The position numbers were made by a program, and so were the translations under genes. Under the pieces are notes generated by a model, which saw nothing but the letters and a program-made list of their open reading frames with translations, was not told the DNA's origin and did not search any database. 64,000 bases of DNA from Macrostomum hystrix (Eukaryota; Animalia; Platyhelminthes): positions 4,898,001-4,962,000 of the forward strand of contig CATNEN010000001.1 of NCBI GenBank assembly GCA_950097015.1. The letters are read 5' to 3'. Shown here one piece after another: positions 36,616 through 49,724 of this stretch (positions are counted from its first letter, which is position 1; every line of letters starts with the position of its first letter).

Positions 36616-37149
36616 CAATCCCACGTCAGTAAGTAGCTTGCGCTGAGCTCGGCACGTCTGGCCAACTGCTGACGGAGTGTTAGATAGGGATTGGCAAGCA
36701 CGGAAGTACTCTCCATATCGCCGACAATCATCGGTGGGACGCCGTCGAATTGACATTAGGTGTGGCACGATAGAACTATCGTTGTGTCATAGTGCAGAAG
36801 TGCTTGCTGGTCGCCTGCGTTTCAGACTAGGGACTTTGGGTTAGGTTTTGTGTTATTTGTCTTGTTTGTGATAGGGACTGTCTGTTTGTCTAGGAGTTAT
36901 TTGTGTCAATTGTCGTGTTATTTTCGTGAGTTCTTGTTGATGTCCAGAGCATTTTCGAGTAGAGTTCGCGTGTTCTTGTGTTGAGGCTACCGAGATTTTG
37001 TTAGTAATTTACCAGTGCGAATTGTGAGTTTAATATTTAATCAAGTACAATACCTGGCAGGGAACGGAAAGAGCGCTGCCAGGGGAATTAATCATTCATA
37101 GCTTTCTCTTGTTAACTAATTAACACTTAAATACCAGCTGTTTAGCTTG

Positions 37150-37445
37150 GAATCCTGAATCGTCTTGTCTTCGTTATTTTCGAGTTACGGCAATAGAGTC
37201 TCTCGCAACGAGTAGGACATCTCTCGCATCCGTTCGCAGCCGCCGTCTCCTTCAGGGTGATAGCCTTTCGTCCGTGTTTTGTCGATCTGCAACATCTGCG
37301 ACTCCCAGTTCCGGCCCTGGTCCGTGTGCACTGACTGCGGAACTCCGAGCGAGCCACCCACTCGTTGACAAATGTGCGGGCTGTAGTCTCAGCGTCTTGG
37401 GATGGCAGTGGGATGGCCTTGCGACTCCGTCTCCATCGGCTCGAA
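37150..37445 (-). mobile_element. Gypsy/Ty3 integrase remnant (frameshifted)
   Basis: AIPLPSQDAETTARTFVNEWVAR, then a shifted frame reading VHTDQGRNWES...YHPEGDGGCER, matching rve core motifs. Confidence 0.75.
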
Positions 37446-37659
37446 ACTCCCCAGTTTGGTTCCGGGGTAAAAAGTATGAGGCTTAGTGTCCGTGTTGACA
37501 TAGTGAAATATTTTAGATTCGCCTCTGTTCTATCTATGTCTAGCTTAATGAATATTCTTATTATCTTCAATTGTTATCTTTAGCAGAAAGGCCAATTAAA
37601 AACGGCTGTTTCAAAGAAAGAAGGAGGCGTGGGAAATCGACTATCTTTTCCTGTCGTGT

Positions 37660-37900
37660 CGTGTCTCTGCAGACTCTATATCTCTCTGTCTCTCTGTCTC
37701 ACTCCATGTCTCCCTGTCTGTATCTTTTCTCTGTCTGCATCTGTCTCCCTGTTTTGTATATGTCTCTCTGTCTGCATCTGTCTCACTCTATGTCTCCCTG
37801 TCTGTATCTGTCTCTTTAGCTGTATCTGTCTCTTTAGCTGTATCTGTCTCTTTAGCTGTATCTGTCTCGTTGTCTCTCCGTCTCTCTGTCTCTCTGTCTC

Positions 37901-37963
<63 letters not shown>

Positions 37964-37975
37964 GTCTGTCTCACT
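37660..37975. repeat. (TC)n/(TCTG)n microsatellite and low-complexity tract
   Basis: Direct inspection. Confidence 0.9.
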
Positions 37976-38493
37976 TGAATATCTCTCGCTAGCCCAATCA
38001 GTTCATGACAATAATAATTCTCCCTTTGCAAATGCGTTTCCCAAGCAGTTGATTCTCCCAGCTAGTCTAACATTTCAGCACGCAACTCCCTTCAGTCCAA
38101 AGAGTTCATCAAATGTACGAAAGTATTAACGAATGCAATATTGTCTGCAGCTGTTGGCAGACCGTTGCTAAAGTCACAAATCTCCCAATCGTGCAATTCT
38201 GATTGGAGAAAATCAAAGGAAGCACAATAATAGCACATAGAAGCCAGACAGTGCAGACACTTCTCAGTACATCTACAGTACAGTACTGTACAGTACTAAA
38301 AGACTTAGTACAACTTTTCAGTCCGCGGACTGTCCTGTCTACTCCTAGACTCATCAGCGATACGTCAGATGGCTTTGATTTTTATTCATTTTCATTCATA
38401 TTCATATGGTGAACTTTCACAAAAACCGGTTTGGGAGCTTTCGTGAAGTAGTCAGTTGGGAAAAATTCCTTAGTTCAAAGTAATTTCTTAGTA

Positions 38494-40127
38494 TACCTTT
38501 TCAACTTCGGATTCGTCAAAAGTGACTTCGAATTCGTCAGCCTATATAAAACTATAGAGCGCTCAAGGGAATGAGAAGGGGTGTCTATGGTGTAATTTCT
38601 TTCGAGAAAGTGACTTCGAATTCGTCAAAGTAAGTGAAATTCGTCAGTGCAACCAGTATACTTCGTATATTGTCAATCGTGAAGTAAAACAGCAACTAAA
38701 CAAACAAGACAGGAAAACAGACGCATAAAATCACGCTTTAAAGTCGCTTGAACAGGTTAACACGCTGTAGTCAGTCCAAAATGTATCCGTGTGCCAGACA
38801 CCGCGGTCCGTACCGAAGTGTGAATTCGTGCCATTGTCGGCATTTCTCCTCCGTGATCGCAACCATCGCAGCTTCCACTTCTCGACTCAAAATGCGAAGA
38901 CGCCGGTTCTGAAGTGTCTCACCTGCTGCTACAGCCGCCTGACGATCATGCACTTCAAAGACAACTTCAGGGTCGGTCATGCGCCGTTTCAGGGCCGCCT
39001 TCATGCAAGAAATTGCCATTTCAGTGGCGTTCAAGAAAGGCGAGTAAGGTGGAAGAAACTGAAGCCTTTGTTCAGGACGCCCAAAATTCACGACTCCATG
39101 TGCCCTGGCGTTGTCAGCAAGTACCATGAACTCGTCATCAACAAGGGTCCCGACTTCAATCATAAACTCACGAAACCTCTCTGCTGTAAAGCCACCAACA
39201 AAGATGCGGTGGTGGACCAGGCCCAACTGTGGGCTAACAGCAAGTGCTACCGTCAGATTGTGCCCACGCTGCGAATTCGCAATCATTACTGCGCGATTGC
39301 CAAAATCCGCCCATCCTTTAGTTCGTGACGTCCATAGGTTGCACCCACACTCATCTACGTAGATTAAATTCCTTACAAACAGTCCAGTTTCTAGCATCCA
39401 GGTCATGTGTAGAAATCTAACTTCTTTTGTCACGTCACTATTCCAATCTCCGTGAACCCGCCGTACATCTTTCAATGTAATGCACAAAGTCCCGTCAAGC
39501 CGACGACTAATTGCCTGCGTTGTCACGACAGGAGCAGCAGGAAAGTCTGCCACAAGCTTTTGCTGCATTTCTTTTAGCGTTACAGTCGGCTTCTCTTCCA
39601 CGTACCTCGTCAATGCCTCCTCAGTGAACTTTGGTCTCACCACACCTCCACGCGCGTTAAGATCAATCCTATCTTCATCTACATATCTTCTGATAATGTC
39701 ATTGGCAGTCGTCCTCTTGATGTCCAGTTCAACTGCGAGAAGTCTCCAGTCTCGTCCCTGTTGAAAACATCGCACGAGTCTAGAGCGATCCACAGACGAA
39801 ATTCTCATATATGGCATCTCTGACAACAATAAGAGCAGGAAATGAGTAATGAAAGATTGCTGTCTTATTTTACATTGACGAATTTCACTCACTTTCTCGC
39901 TTAAATTTACACTGGGCACTTTGCTTTCTTGCCATAGACGAAGCGAAGACACTTTCTGATCAGGCTGCTTTTGCACTGACGAATTTCACTTACTTTGACG
40001 AATTCGAAGTCACTTTCTCGAAAGAAATTACCATAGACACCCCTTCTCATTCCCTTGAGCGCTCTATAGTTTTATATAGGCTGACGAATTCGAAGTCACT
40101 TTGGACGAATCCGAAGTTGAAAAGGTA
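38494..40127 (-). mobile_element. Full-length Tc1/mariner-IS630 superfamily DNA transposon (~1.63 kb) with ~158-bp TIRs
   Basis: TIRs 38494-38652 and 39971-40127 are nearly identical. TA flanks both ends. Each TIR carries two AAGTGACTTCGAATTCGTCA direct repeats. Confidence 0.95.
38771..39817 (-). CDS. Transposase (HTH + DDE), 348 aa, intact
   Basis: ATG at 39817. N-terminal HTH (LAVELDIKRTTANDIIRRY). Catalytic motifs IYVDECG, LADNARAH and FLPPYSPFLNATE. Confidence 0.93.
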   Translation of the reverse strand: MPYMRISSVDRSRLVRCFQQGRDWRLLAVELDIKRTTANDIIRRYVDEDRIDLNARGGVVRPKFTEEALTRYVEEKPTVTLKEMQQKLVADFPAAPVVTTQAISRRLDGTLCITLKDVRRVHGDWNSDVTKEVRFLHMTWMLETGLFVRNLIYVDECGCNLWTSRTKGWADFGNRAVMIANSQRGHNLTVALAVSPQLGLVHHRIFVGGFTAERFREFMIEVGTLVDDEFMVLADNARAHGVVNFGRPEQRLQFLPPYSPFLNATEMAISCMKAALKRRMTDPEVVFEVHDRQAAVAAGETLQNRRLRILSREVEAAMVAITEEKCRQWHEFTLRYGPRCLAHGYILD

Positions 40128-41998
40128 TATTTAAACTGTTAATTCTCCTAACCATTTTACAGCGGTTGCGGGAATAGTCATGGCTTCGACCATAGACAAT
40201 AAGAAACTTAACTGACTTTGCCATCGATTATTTAACTGCTTGTCCGTATTCTCTACTAGCTTGCAAAATGCTATATTACTTACAAGTCTACTTTCAGTAG
40301 TGACAAAAACATTTTCGCTTCTCTGTTCTTAAATTTTCTCAAATTTTAAATAAATCTAGCCTGAAATTTATCTTTCTTTCTTTTGATAAATTCAAAAGCA
40401 GTGAAGTTAGTTTTACGACACAAAACTGTAGATTTGATTAAGGATTCATGCGATGCTAGAAAGAAGACGGGAAAAAAAGAGATTTAGGCGACGAAAGAGA
40501 GAGGTAGAATGAGATGGTTCATAACGGAGTGTAAGATATATAGGGGAGACAAGATGATGTCTAAAATTATAGATACAAATGTTTAGGACTACCAAGCCAT
40601 TTTGACGTCCGTTTTTATACCAAAGGTCTCCCTGAATTTTTTGAAAAATTCAGGGCCGTTGGTGACTGATTGGTTGACAGACTAGACGATGGTGTACTGT
40701 GGTTGAGCTGCGCCTAATGTTCAGGCTTGATCATAGAAATTGGAAAAATTCGCGTCAGGGTGTATATAATGGCCTAGTTCCACCTGTTGTAGCCAATTTC
40801 TGGAAGACGCCTTGAAGGTCCAGCAGTCCGTCTAGATAAAAGTTGGTGACCACCGAAGACGGAGATGATGCAGGCTCATTCGGATGCTGATAAATTTTGA
40901 AGGCCTGGCTAGGCCGCACTGAGGCGCAGTGCTAATAGGGGTGAATGAAATACACTAGCGCTTATAGGAAAAATCAGACCTTCGGTCAGAAACATTGAAT
41001 ATCTCGACGGTCTGAAGAGCTGGCGACTTGATTCTTGTTTCAGAAGATGCGCAACAAAAAGTTGGCCCGTGTTCTTGAGTTTCGTGTGCTTGTGTTGTTC
41101 CGTTCGGGTGCAGCACAAAAAATTGTCACGGGGACAATGCCCCCCTTGGTAATTTGACTGTTAAGCAGACTCTAATTTTTATAACGTTTTACGAATAACT
41201 TTCCATGAGTCACCCTCTGAATATAACTTCTAAAGATAAAAATCATGTCATGTTCTCTTAATCTTCTGCCTTACTTTTACAACCAATGCTAAAAAGCATC
41301 ACAATTGAGAGCTGAAAGTCATAAATGACTAATGCAGACAAACCGATTACAATGCCGAACCGAAGCTTTTTTGACTAATATCCAGGGATAGTGTTATAAG
41401 CCTTGTGTTGAATGCCTTTTGGGAAAGAAATCATCGTTTATATTGGCCACACCAGGAATAGCTTGTGCGGTCAATGTCAGAAAAACTCCATGAAAAAGGG
41501 GAATACTTTAGACTTTCGGACATATTCGTAGGGGATAAAAGGGGAGTAGATACTATACACTAAACTGCGGTAGGATGCGAAGCTGCTGCAGCTGCGGGAA
41601 GGGAAGCGCCGTACATCGCAGGTCGAACTGCAGCTATAACGATAAAGGCATTTTCGGGAGGCTATGGGAAAAAACCTGCCTAGCATTCTAGGCCAGCGAA
41701 ATACTTCAGCTTCGTATCCGGGTAGGGAACGGACGCCCATGCCTGCCCTGTACCAGCAAGCATCGATCGCGTCGGTTCGGTCTTTGGTCTTACCCCCGCG
41801 GACAGTAGCAGGCATCCAATCCGAATGCGGCTTATTGCGCACAGCCTCCACCCCGCGAGGGGAGGCAACGACGTTCTATTAGTCTCTATTTTCCGAAAGG
41901 TTCAACACACACACACCTTCCGGTTGAAAAATATTCAACACTCGATTGGAAATTGTTCAACTTCAATCTATAAAGCAAAATCCAGAGATCTGCGCTGA

Positions 41999-43311
41999 AT
42001 GACCGAGAAGTCAGTCAGCTTGTCGCTAACCGGCGGACCGCCGTGGGGCTTCCGGCTGCGCGGCGGTCCGGCGTCCGGCGGCCTCAGGGTCAGCCGGGTC
42101 CGGCGACGCAGTCCAGCCACGGCTGGCGGTCTGCGCGAAGGCGACCTACTATTGAGTGTCAATTCGCTGCCGGTGGCTGGCAGGACCTACGCCTTCGTGA
42201 TGGAGTACGCCGAGAGGCAGCGAATCCTTCAAATGGAGGTTCGCCGATTAGTCGGTCCCGAGGGCACCCTGCTAGCCGCATCGGCGACTTGGGCCTCCGA
42301 GGAAGACGACGAAGACGAGGAGGCGCTGATGGCTTTGGAGGTGGCGCCGGAGCCCGAGCCGCCGCTCCAGGAGCTGCAAGTGGCTGAGCTACAGCTAGCC
42401 CCGTCTCGTCCTCTGCCGCTTCAGCAGCAGCCGTTCAGCAGCTTCGACGAGGACACAGTGATCCCGGCCGATCCCGAGGTGCGCCCGGTGCCGCTGAGCA
42501 AGCTCATCACCGAGGCGGAGCCAGAGCCGACGCCGCCGCGGTCGCCAGTGAAAAAGTACGCCGACTCGGCTTATTTCGACGCGTCGGACGCCAGCTACCC
42601 GACTGTAGAGGAGCAGAAGGAGATGGCCAAACGAGTGGCTGAGACTCTAACAGATGTGCGCAACCGAGGCAGTCGCGGCGCCAGCATGTTCGAGAAGCGA
42701 CGCGAGCGCGCCGCGAAGTACACGCTGGAGGGCCCCGAGCCAGGAGATAATGACTTCCCGGGCGCTGGTGCAATCGACGAAATGATTGACACGTCGGTCG
42801 GCGGTTCAGTAGACGAGGGTGGAACTGTTCGAGTTCCGCTTCCGACTAAGACTGGGCCGCCCCCAGCGCCGCCACCACCGCCGCCTCCTTTTGCACCGCC
42901 GCCTCCACCGCCGCCCCATCTGCAAGGCGGCTTTCCTCTCTTTGGCCTCGGAAGCGGCATCGGTGTTGGGAAGCGGCCAGAGCCACCGCCGCCGAAGACC
43001 GTGGCCGAGTTTGTTGAACGCGAAATGCGTTCAGCGCCCAAGCTGACGCATCGCGACTACGATCCGAAAAAAGCGTTCGACATTGCCTCCGCCCTACACT
43101 CCAGCTCCGGCAAGGCCGGGCAGATGTTTCAAAAGCGGCGTCAGCGCGCGCTGAAATTCACCATGGAGAGCGACGGTCGGGTGGAACCGCCGGCGTCGCA
43201 GCTCAAGCCGCTGATGGTGTCAGGCGCGATGAAACCGCTCGGCGTTGGCGGCAGCGACGCCAGTATGGCTGCCAAGATTCAAAGACTTCAAAATTGTCTG
43301 GGCGGAGGTGG

Positions 43312-43342
<31 letters not shown>

Positions 43343-43384
43343 AGCGGCGGCGGCGGCGGCGTTGGTGGATTATCGGATCTGTGA
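41999..43384 (+). CDS. PDZ-domain synaptopodin-2/myopodin-like (calsarcin-motif) muscle protein, single exon, 461 aa
   Basis: N-terminal PDZ (LTGGPPWGFRLRGG...GLREGDLLLSVN). Two synaptopodin/myozenin-type motifs, SRGASMFEKRRERAAKY and GKAGQMFQKRRQRALKF. Polyproline tract. Confidence 0.85.
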
Positions 43385-44879
43385 TGCTTAAATATATACT
43401 TTGAGAATAGATTACTTCATGATTGGAAAGTATTGCTGAGTTTGGTTTGGTCTTCAAATAAAACTTCACCAACAGGTCGGGAGTTCGAATCCTAAAGTCA
43501 AATATTGTTCTTTAGAAAGACACATAAATACTTGCTTCTTCTGTTTAAAAGCAACAGCTAAAACGTATAGAAGCATTAACTTTTGTACTTATTAATGCCA
43601 ATCAGACTCAGATGGCTTAGGTATCTTTTTTATTTTATTCCCTAACAACAGAAATTTTTACTACACCAAACTTCGCCATACTAAGTTCCTCAAGAACATA
43701 AGCAATTTGCGGAAATTGACTTCGAAAAATTGCTTTGATAATGTTCTTTTTTTATTCATTCTTTCTGTTCTTAAGATGCTTCGAGACAAAAGCTTGTAAT
43801 TTTGTTTTTACGTCGCAGTATTAACCCATTCTAGTGCTTTTAGTAAACTCGATTAATATACCGATTAATATACCATCTATTATCCCAGTAGGATCAATCA
43901 CAATCTTAGTTGAGATCTCTTTAATATAATTTTTGTATGTGTAGAAGATATTCTTTGTTAAAAATACTCATAAAAATATAAATAACTACTTAAAAATGTG
44001 TTCCACTGCTTAGAGCATTGCAAAATTATGTTAAAAGTTAATGGCTTCAAAGTTTATTTATGAACTTTAACGAGATAGTGTCGTGTCGTTGTGCGTAATA
44101 TTGTAGACAAGATGCACTACTTACAGTAGGTAGGTTGGTAGAGTTCTAATTTTTTAAGTTAGAGTTGTTTTATTTTTTTATTATAAAGGTTTTTTTAGTT
44201 TCCTTTAATTCATTTTTTATTGTAATTGAAAAAAAGTAATTATTTTTGTACTTTTTTAATTGCAACAAATTAGTCAAGTAATTAATAAGTTATATGCGAA
44301 TTATTCGCATTGTTACTACAAGCAAAACTTTAAAATTCGTATATATAAAACCATACGCGCGGTTAGAATAGAATCTTCAGGTGTCTTCTTAGCATCTATT
44401 TTCGGTAAACTCAAATTTAAAAGTAGACAATTTATTGATTGTTTCTTTAGTCAATGCTAATTAAGGCACAATGTCCACCAAAATTTTTTAATTGACTGTA
44501 AATCGTTAATAGTCACTTTGTAAAGGTTTTGGTTTAAAGGAATTGAGCGAAGTCGGTGGTTCTTTTATTGTTCGAGGAAGTCAATCGATTGATTGAGAAA
44601 AACTTTAAAATGGCCAGGCTTGCAGTTGCGTGTATTTATTGATCTATTGCGTAAGGCCTCGCAACCGGAAATTTCAAGAAAATGGATATGGTATAACAAA
44701 ACAATCTAGATAATATTATTTTCATACTACGAGCGTAAATAAATACTGCGTATATGGAAGACAATATTTATAGATATTTGTACAAGTAAACTATATTTGA
44801 ATAACATCATGCTACTGTACAGAATTTAATGGACAAACTGTGAATATACAGCAATTTACGGCAATTACAAATAATGGTA

Positions 44880-45620
44880 GTCATTGTCCTTTTTAAAAAG
44901 CACGTGCCGGCCACTCGGGTAGTTTTTTGGACTTTTTCAGCGGTGGGCGCATCTGGCGTGTCGTGCCGGCTGGGCTCAGGTGGCAGCTGGATGCGTCCGT
45001 GTGGAGACTCCGAGGGCTGCGAGGCCTTGTCCGGTGCCATTGGACGTTTGGCGTTGCTGATCGTGCGCAGCGGCTTCAGTCGGTCGATTGACACGGCCTC
45101 CTGCTGTCCAGGGTGTCTCGACGATGAAGAACTTTTCAGCACGATGGATGACGTGGTAAGGCTCTCGGTACGGCACCTCCAATGGCTTGCGAACGCGGTC
45201 TACGCGGATCGCCATACCTTCTCAGCAGTTCAGAGGTCAGTAGGAATGTACTGCTTCTTCGTGGAAGGAGAAGGTCGAGGAGCTTCCGTGATGTAGTGCA
45301 AGCGAAGCCGAACTGCTTGAGGATTCTTGTCGCCAGTCGCCAGCACTCGGGGTAGCATCGGGTGCTCACCCGTGAGACGCGTGAAGGGGCTGACCCCGTT
45401 GTCGCCCGGAGATACGTGCATTGCGAGCGGCAGGTTGTCAAGCCAGGACTCACCGTGTGCCTTCAGGATGTTCTTGTGCGTCCGGTGAGCAAGCTCGATC
45501 TCTCCGTTGGTCTGCGGATGATATGCAGTCGTGCGGAGACGATAGAAGCCGACGTTGGCAGCCAGCTGTTGAACAGGTCCACGTCGAACTGCGCGCCGCG
45601 GTCAGTGACGACGTACACCA
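44880..45620 (-). mobile_element. Gypsy/Ty3 integrase C-terminal remnant
   Basis: VVTDRGAQF, a shifted RTTAYHPQTNGEIE, and GPY/F-like RKPLEVPYREPYHVIHR and VSIDRLKP. Multiple frameshifts. Confidence 0.8.
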
Positions 45621-46803
45621 AATCGTGCGATCCAACCTGTGACTCATTTTCTGGTTCTATCAGAAAGTCCAGTAGATCCGGAGAAATCTCAATATCTGGG
45701 CTCTCAAAATCGCCAGGATTGGAAGGCAAACCGCCTTCGATGTTGAATTGGACTTGCCAGAAAGTACGATTGCGAGTTGATTAGATGCTTGAGATTCGCC
45801 TGAGCTTAGAAGCCCTCCCATGCTAATAATAGCCACGGTGGGCCCACGGCACAACAAACGGAATCTGAGTAGGGGTGTTGCTAGGAGGCAAGGCTTAGGA
45901 TGCGTACAGAATGCGAATGGGGGCTTGGGGATGGGACGGAGTGCAGCATTGGAGGAGGCCTTGGTACGGGATGGGTTGCAGGATAGATAAGAGGCCTTGG
46001 TTTGAGGTGGGTTTGGAGGGTCAGGATGGGGCGTGAGGGCGTGCGAGGGCGTGAGATGGAACAACTTTCTCACTACTATTATCACACACTTACTGGACCT
46101 TAGGAAGTTGACCTTTTTGTTCAGTTGCGAATTAGGAGTCTATCTAAAAAAGGCCTCATTTCCTTGTGTGTCATATCCTACCATATCGAGTCGTGATGCG
46201 CAACAAGCCGTCAGTACTCGTATCTTGATTTTCAAGAATTTTATTTTTCTGATTTTTCATGGCCTCCTGGACTTGTTAATGAGTTCTGCCAACTAGATTG
46301 CTTCTTTGCCAGTACTTAGGGCACCTTCGGGGCATTATATACGATCAGTCGCAGCTAAGCACCTGCATACCAACAATACTGCTCTAGTCCTTAATAACGA
46401 ATTATAATTTAAACACTCTTGATTTCAATAGAATATCAATCGCAGTTAGAGTAGTCAGGGAATTTTTTGTAATTGTCATGCGAAAAAAAGACAGTTTGCA
46501 ATATGCTCAACAGAAAAAATGCCGTGTCAGAATCTAAATTAACATTAGAAAATCTGTTAGTAAATCTGGGCTGTTCTATGGTATAAATAATTCTAGTGTA
46601 GGGTTGGGAAGGGATGTGGGGTCAGTGTGGAAGGGGTATGTGGGGTCAGTGTCTAGGGTTGGGGGCACGAGGGGTCCGTGTGAAGTGTTAGGGAGGGCTC
46701 TGAGGAGAGTTCTTCAAATTATCCAAAATCTAAAACTCGTTCTCGCAGTTTTGTTATAGCTCTAGCTCAAATTCAAACCTTGCAGCACTGACAGTACTAA
46801 GCT

Positions 46804-48270
46804 TCACACACACACGGCTCCTGTCGAATTCAGGACCACTCGGCCGTGCAACTCAAAGTTAGCGCCAGCGGCGGTGACGCAACCGAAGCCGCTGCAGAAT
46901 GAGCCGCCGCCGCCTCCGCCACTGTCTACGGTAGACCCTGTGCCACCGCCGCTGAAGCCGCCACCACCGCCGGCACTACCGGCACTGCCAAAGGCGCAGC
47001 TACCTCCGCCGGCGCCGCCTCCACCGAAGCCGCCATCGCCGGTGCTGCAATCGAAGCATTTGACACCCCCGAGCCATCCGCCGCAGCGGCCCAGCCCCGG
47101 TTGTCCAGAATTTTGTACGCTAGACTGAACGCCGGTGCCGTTCCAGCCAGCTCCGGGGCCGCCGCAGCCGAACGCAGGAGCATCTGAGTTCTGGTTGATC
47201 GCAACCTGGCCCGGCTGTCCAGCATTACCGCCCCAGCCGATAAAGAACGGATCTGACGTATTTGAGGCCGTTCCGTTGGTACCGCTGCTCCCATCCATGC
47301 CTAGAGCAAAATTGGCTTAGTACATCGTGAATGTAGACTTGGACTGCCATCGCTACGTGACTCAACCCCTACTCAAAATACTGAACTCACCGCTGCGAGT
47401 AGAGCCCATTCCGCCACCTCCGCCGGCCGCCAAGAGCAACCGTACACTGGTGTTGCTAGCGTACACGAAGCTGCCACCGCCGCCGCCTGTACCGTAGTTG
47501 CACGTGGTGGTCTCGCCAGCCTGGCCAATCACAATTTCAAGTCGGGTGCCTGCGGAGAGAAGGAAGCTGCCAGCGGCTGATGCCCCCCTGCCTGCTCTGA
47601 TTGCTACTGCAGAGAGCACAGAGCCCCCAGAGGCTCCGAAGGCCTGGATGTGGTAGCAGCCGGTGAAATTGATGGTTAAATTTCGGACGACTCCAAGCTT
47701 GCCAGTGCTGCTGTCTGGAGTAAAAAGTTTGATTTTCTGGCATTTCTGTCAAGATAAGCCTTGATTATGAATAATTTGTCACTCACTTCGAAACTCATGA
47801 AACACCGAAGGAATAGAAGGCATTTTGAAATCCGTCTTCCACAGCCTTGTGGTGCCATTGGCAGTCAGCAGCAGATTCGTCGAGTTGCTGTCCCCAGGCC
47901 TCTGATGGTCAGCAGGGATGTCCTTGATGACCGCCAAGTGGCAGACTTGCCTGAGCTCATTCACGACCGCGACAATGCAGCCTCTCTGCTCACACTTTGC
48001 CAGGCACTCGCCCTCTGAGCGGATACCGGATTCGTTGAGCAGGCTGCAGTTCAACGAGCCGTCAATCAGGATGGAACCGTTGGCAACGAGTTCGTAATTG
48101 CGACTTGTTAAACCGATCGAATTGCCAGCAACCGGCGCTAAAAACAAATGCAGAGTAAGAACAGTGGCTTAAACATGAGCAGACAAAAATTGAGCACAGA
48201 TTTGAGAACTACTGCAACACTTACCGACTGTGCGAACTAACAGCAGAACAAAGACTGCTTTGAAATTCAT
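46804..48270 (-). CDS. Secreted PAN/apple-like + ALK/LTK-type glycine-rich-domain protein (copy 5, divergent, ~405 aa, 4 exons)
   Basis: Exons 48270-48225, 48137-47787, 47714-47391 and 47300-46804 in one frame. Signal peptide; ECLAKCEQRGC...CHL; GCYHIQAFGASGG, LEIVIGQAG, LLLAAGGGGG and GGFGGGG. Confidence 0.85.
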
Positions 48271-48402
48271 ATTTAACTACTATTTATTTACGCTGTCCTG
48301 GCTGGGCGGGAGCGACTGGGCGATTGTTCGGAATATTTTATGCAATTTTCACTGTCCAATAGAATGCAGCAAGCCCCTGCTGCTTATCGGGTAGGGGAAT
48401 AA

Positions 48403-48416
48403 GTTTCCTTGGCAAC
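48403..48416. promoter_or_regulatory. RFX X-box-like motif GTTTCCTTGGCAAC ~135 bp upstream of the copy 5 ATG
   Basis: Imperfect palindrome fitting GTTNCC-NN-GGCAAC. A GC box lies at ~48304. Confidence 0.4.
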
Positions 48417-48999
48417 GCAAAAGCAAACGAACGATTCCTACCCGAGCTTTGTTTCGCGAGTCTCCGATCCTGACAGTGCTGAAAAAACTCGTTCTATCGA
48501 AATTCACTTTGCATTGGTCTCCACATTGCAAGTGATTCTGTTCATGATCATGCTGTCAGTCAATCATTGATAACGATTTTTCAAGTTGCCACACTGCGAC
48601 ATCCATAGCAGTTGGGGGACACTGAAATTTTAGCCGGATGACTCGGGGCAGCGAGTCGAATCTACTCAACTTTTTTACTCGTAGATTCAGCCAAATTGCA
48701 TTGTGCTTTAAGATTTTTTTCCAGTGTGCTTTTTTATTTTGGTTCAATATTTTTTTAGCAAACTCTTCACACTTCCCGAAGCAACAGGTATGTTATCGAA
48801 AATCGCTTGCAATACGAAATCACTTCTACGAGTATCTTATACCTATCAGGCTAAGAACTAATGAAGATAATTTTAATTTATTCACTAACTCCCGCCAGCG
48901 TAGATGATACCATCCAGCTGGCTATATTGCCGTTAAAATTTTGTCGAATGAATTGTAAGAGCTCCAGATGCCGCTGCCATGGCAGGAGGATTTCAACAC

Positions 49000-49620
49000 C
49001 GGTTCATTGTGATGTTGTGCAGTTCGCTCGCACCTGACATGGCGTTGTGAGTCTCAAGGATCGCCACTGAGGTGGAATCACAGAATCGTGCCAACAAACA
49101 TTTTCGGCATCCCGAAGAATGCGGGCACCACGCAGACAGAGGAGCCTCACGGAATTTCGCTTATATCCTGCGCTGCGAAGCTTTTCAACCGGCTTCAATT
49201 TGGCTTCAACAATTTCAGTCTGTGCCTGTGCCCAGTGCAGTATTTTTGGCGGCGTTATCTTTGTCTTCGCTGACGTCCTCCCGGCTATCGACTCGGTGGA
49301 GACCACTCCGTGCCTATAAGTTACCGCTGCAACTGATCTCTGCTATCTTGACAATCAAGACACCACTGCTGCGGTTGCAATAGACGGACCATCGGACCTG
49401 TTCTGCACGACCTCCGGGGTGCTGCAGGGTGATACACTCGCGCCTTTTCTCTTCGTGTGGGCGACACCCCGAAAACTGACGCGGACGACCAACGGCTGCT
49501 TGACGGCCTCACTATCAATGAAAAGAAGACCGAGGTGCGCGCAGTGGCACACGACCTTCCTGTGGAGATACAGGTGGACCTGTGTCAGACGTGGGCGATG
49601 ACATGACGAGACCTGGGCGC
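49000..49620 (+). mobile_element. Non-LTR retrotransposon (LINE) reverse transcriptase remnant
   Basis: Fragments HGISLISCAAKLFNRL and GVLQGDTLAPFLF match LINE RT motifs. Heavily deleted. Confidence 0.75.
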
Positions 49621-49724
49621 GAATTGACCCGGCCTTCTGTACTGCTGAATCAGCTAGGGACTTAATTGAAATTGAAATATAATTTATGATGATTTAATCG
49701 CCTAAGCTATATCTGCTACAATTG

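Noticed and set aside
40780-41890. Short GC-richer ORFs upstream of the PDZ gene
   Set aside because: No recognisable domain or splice-consistent model. Possibly TE debris or promoter sequence, but I cannot support a call.
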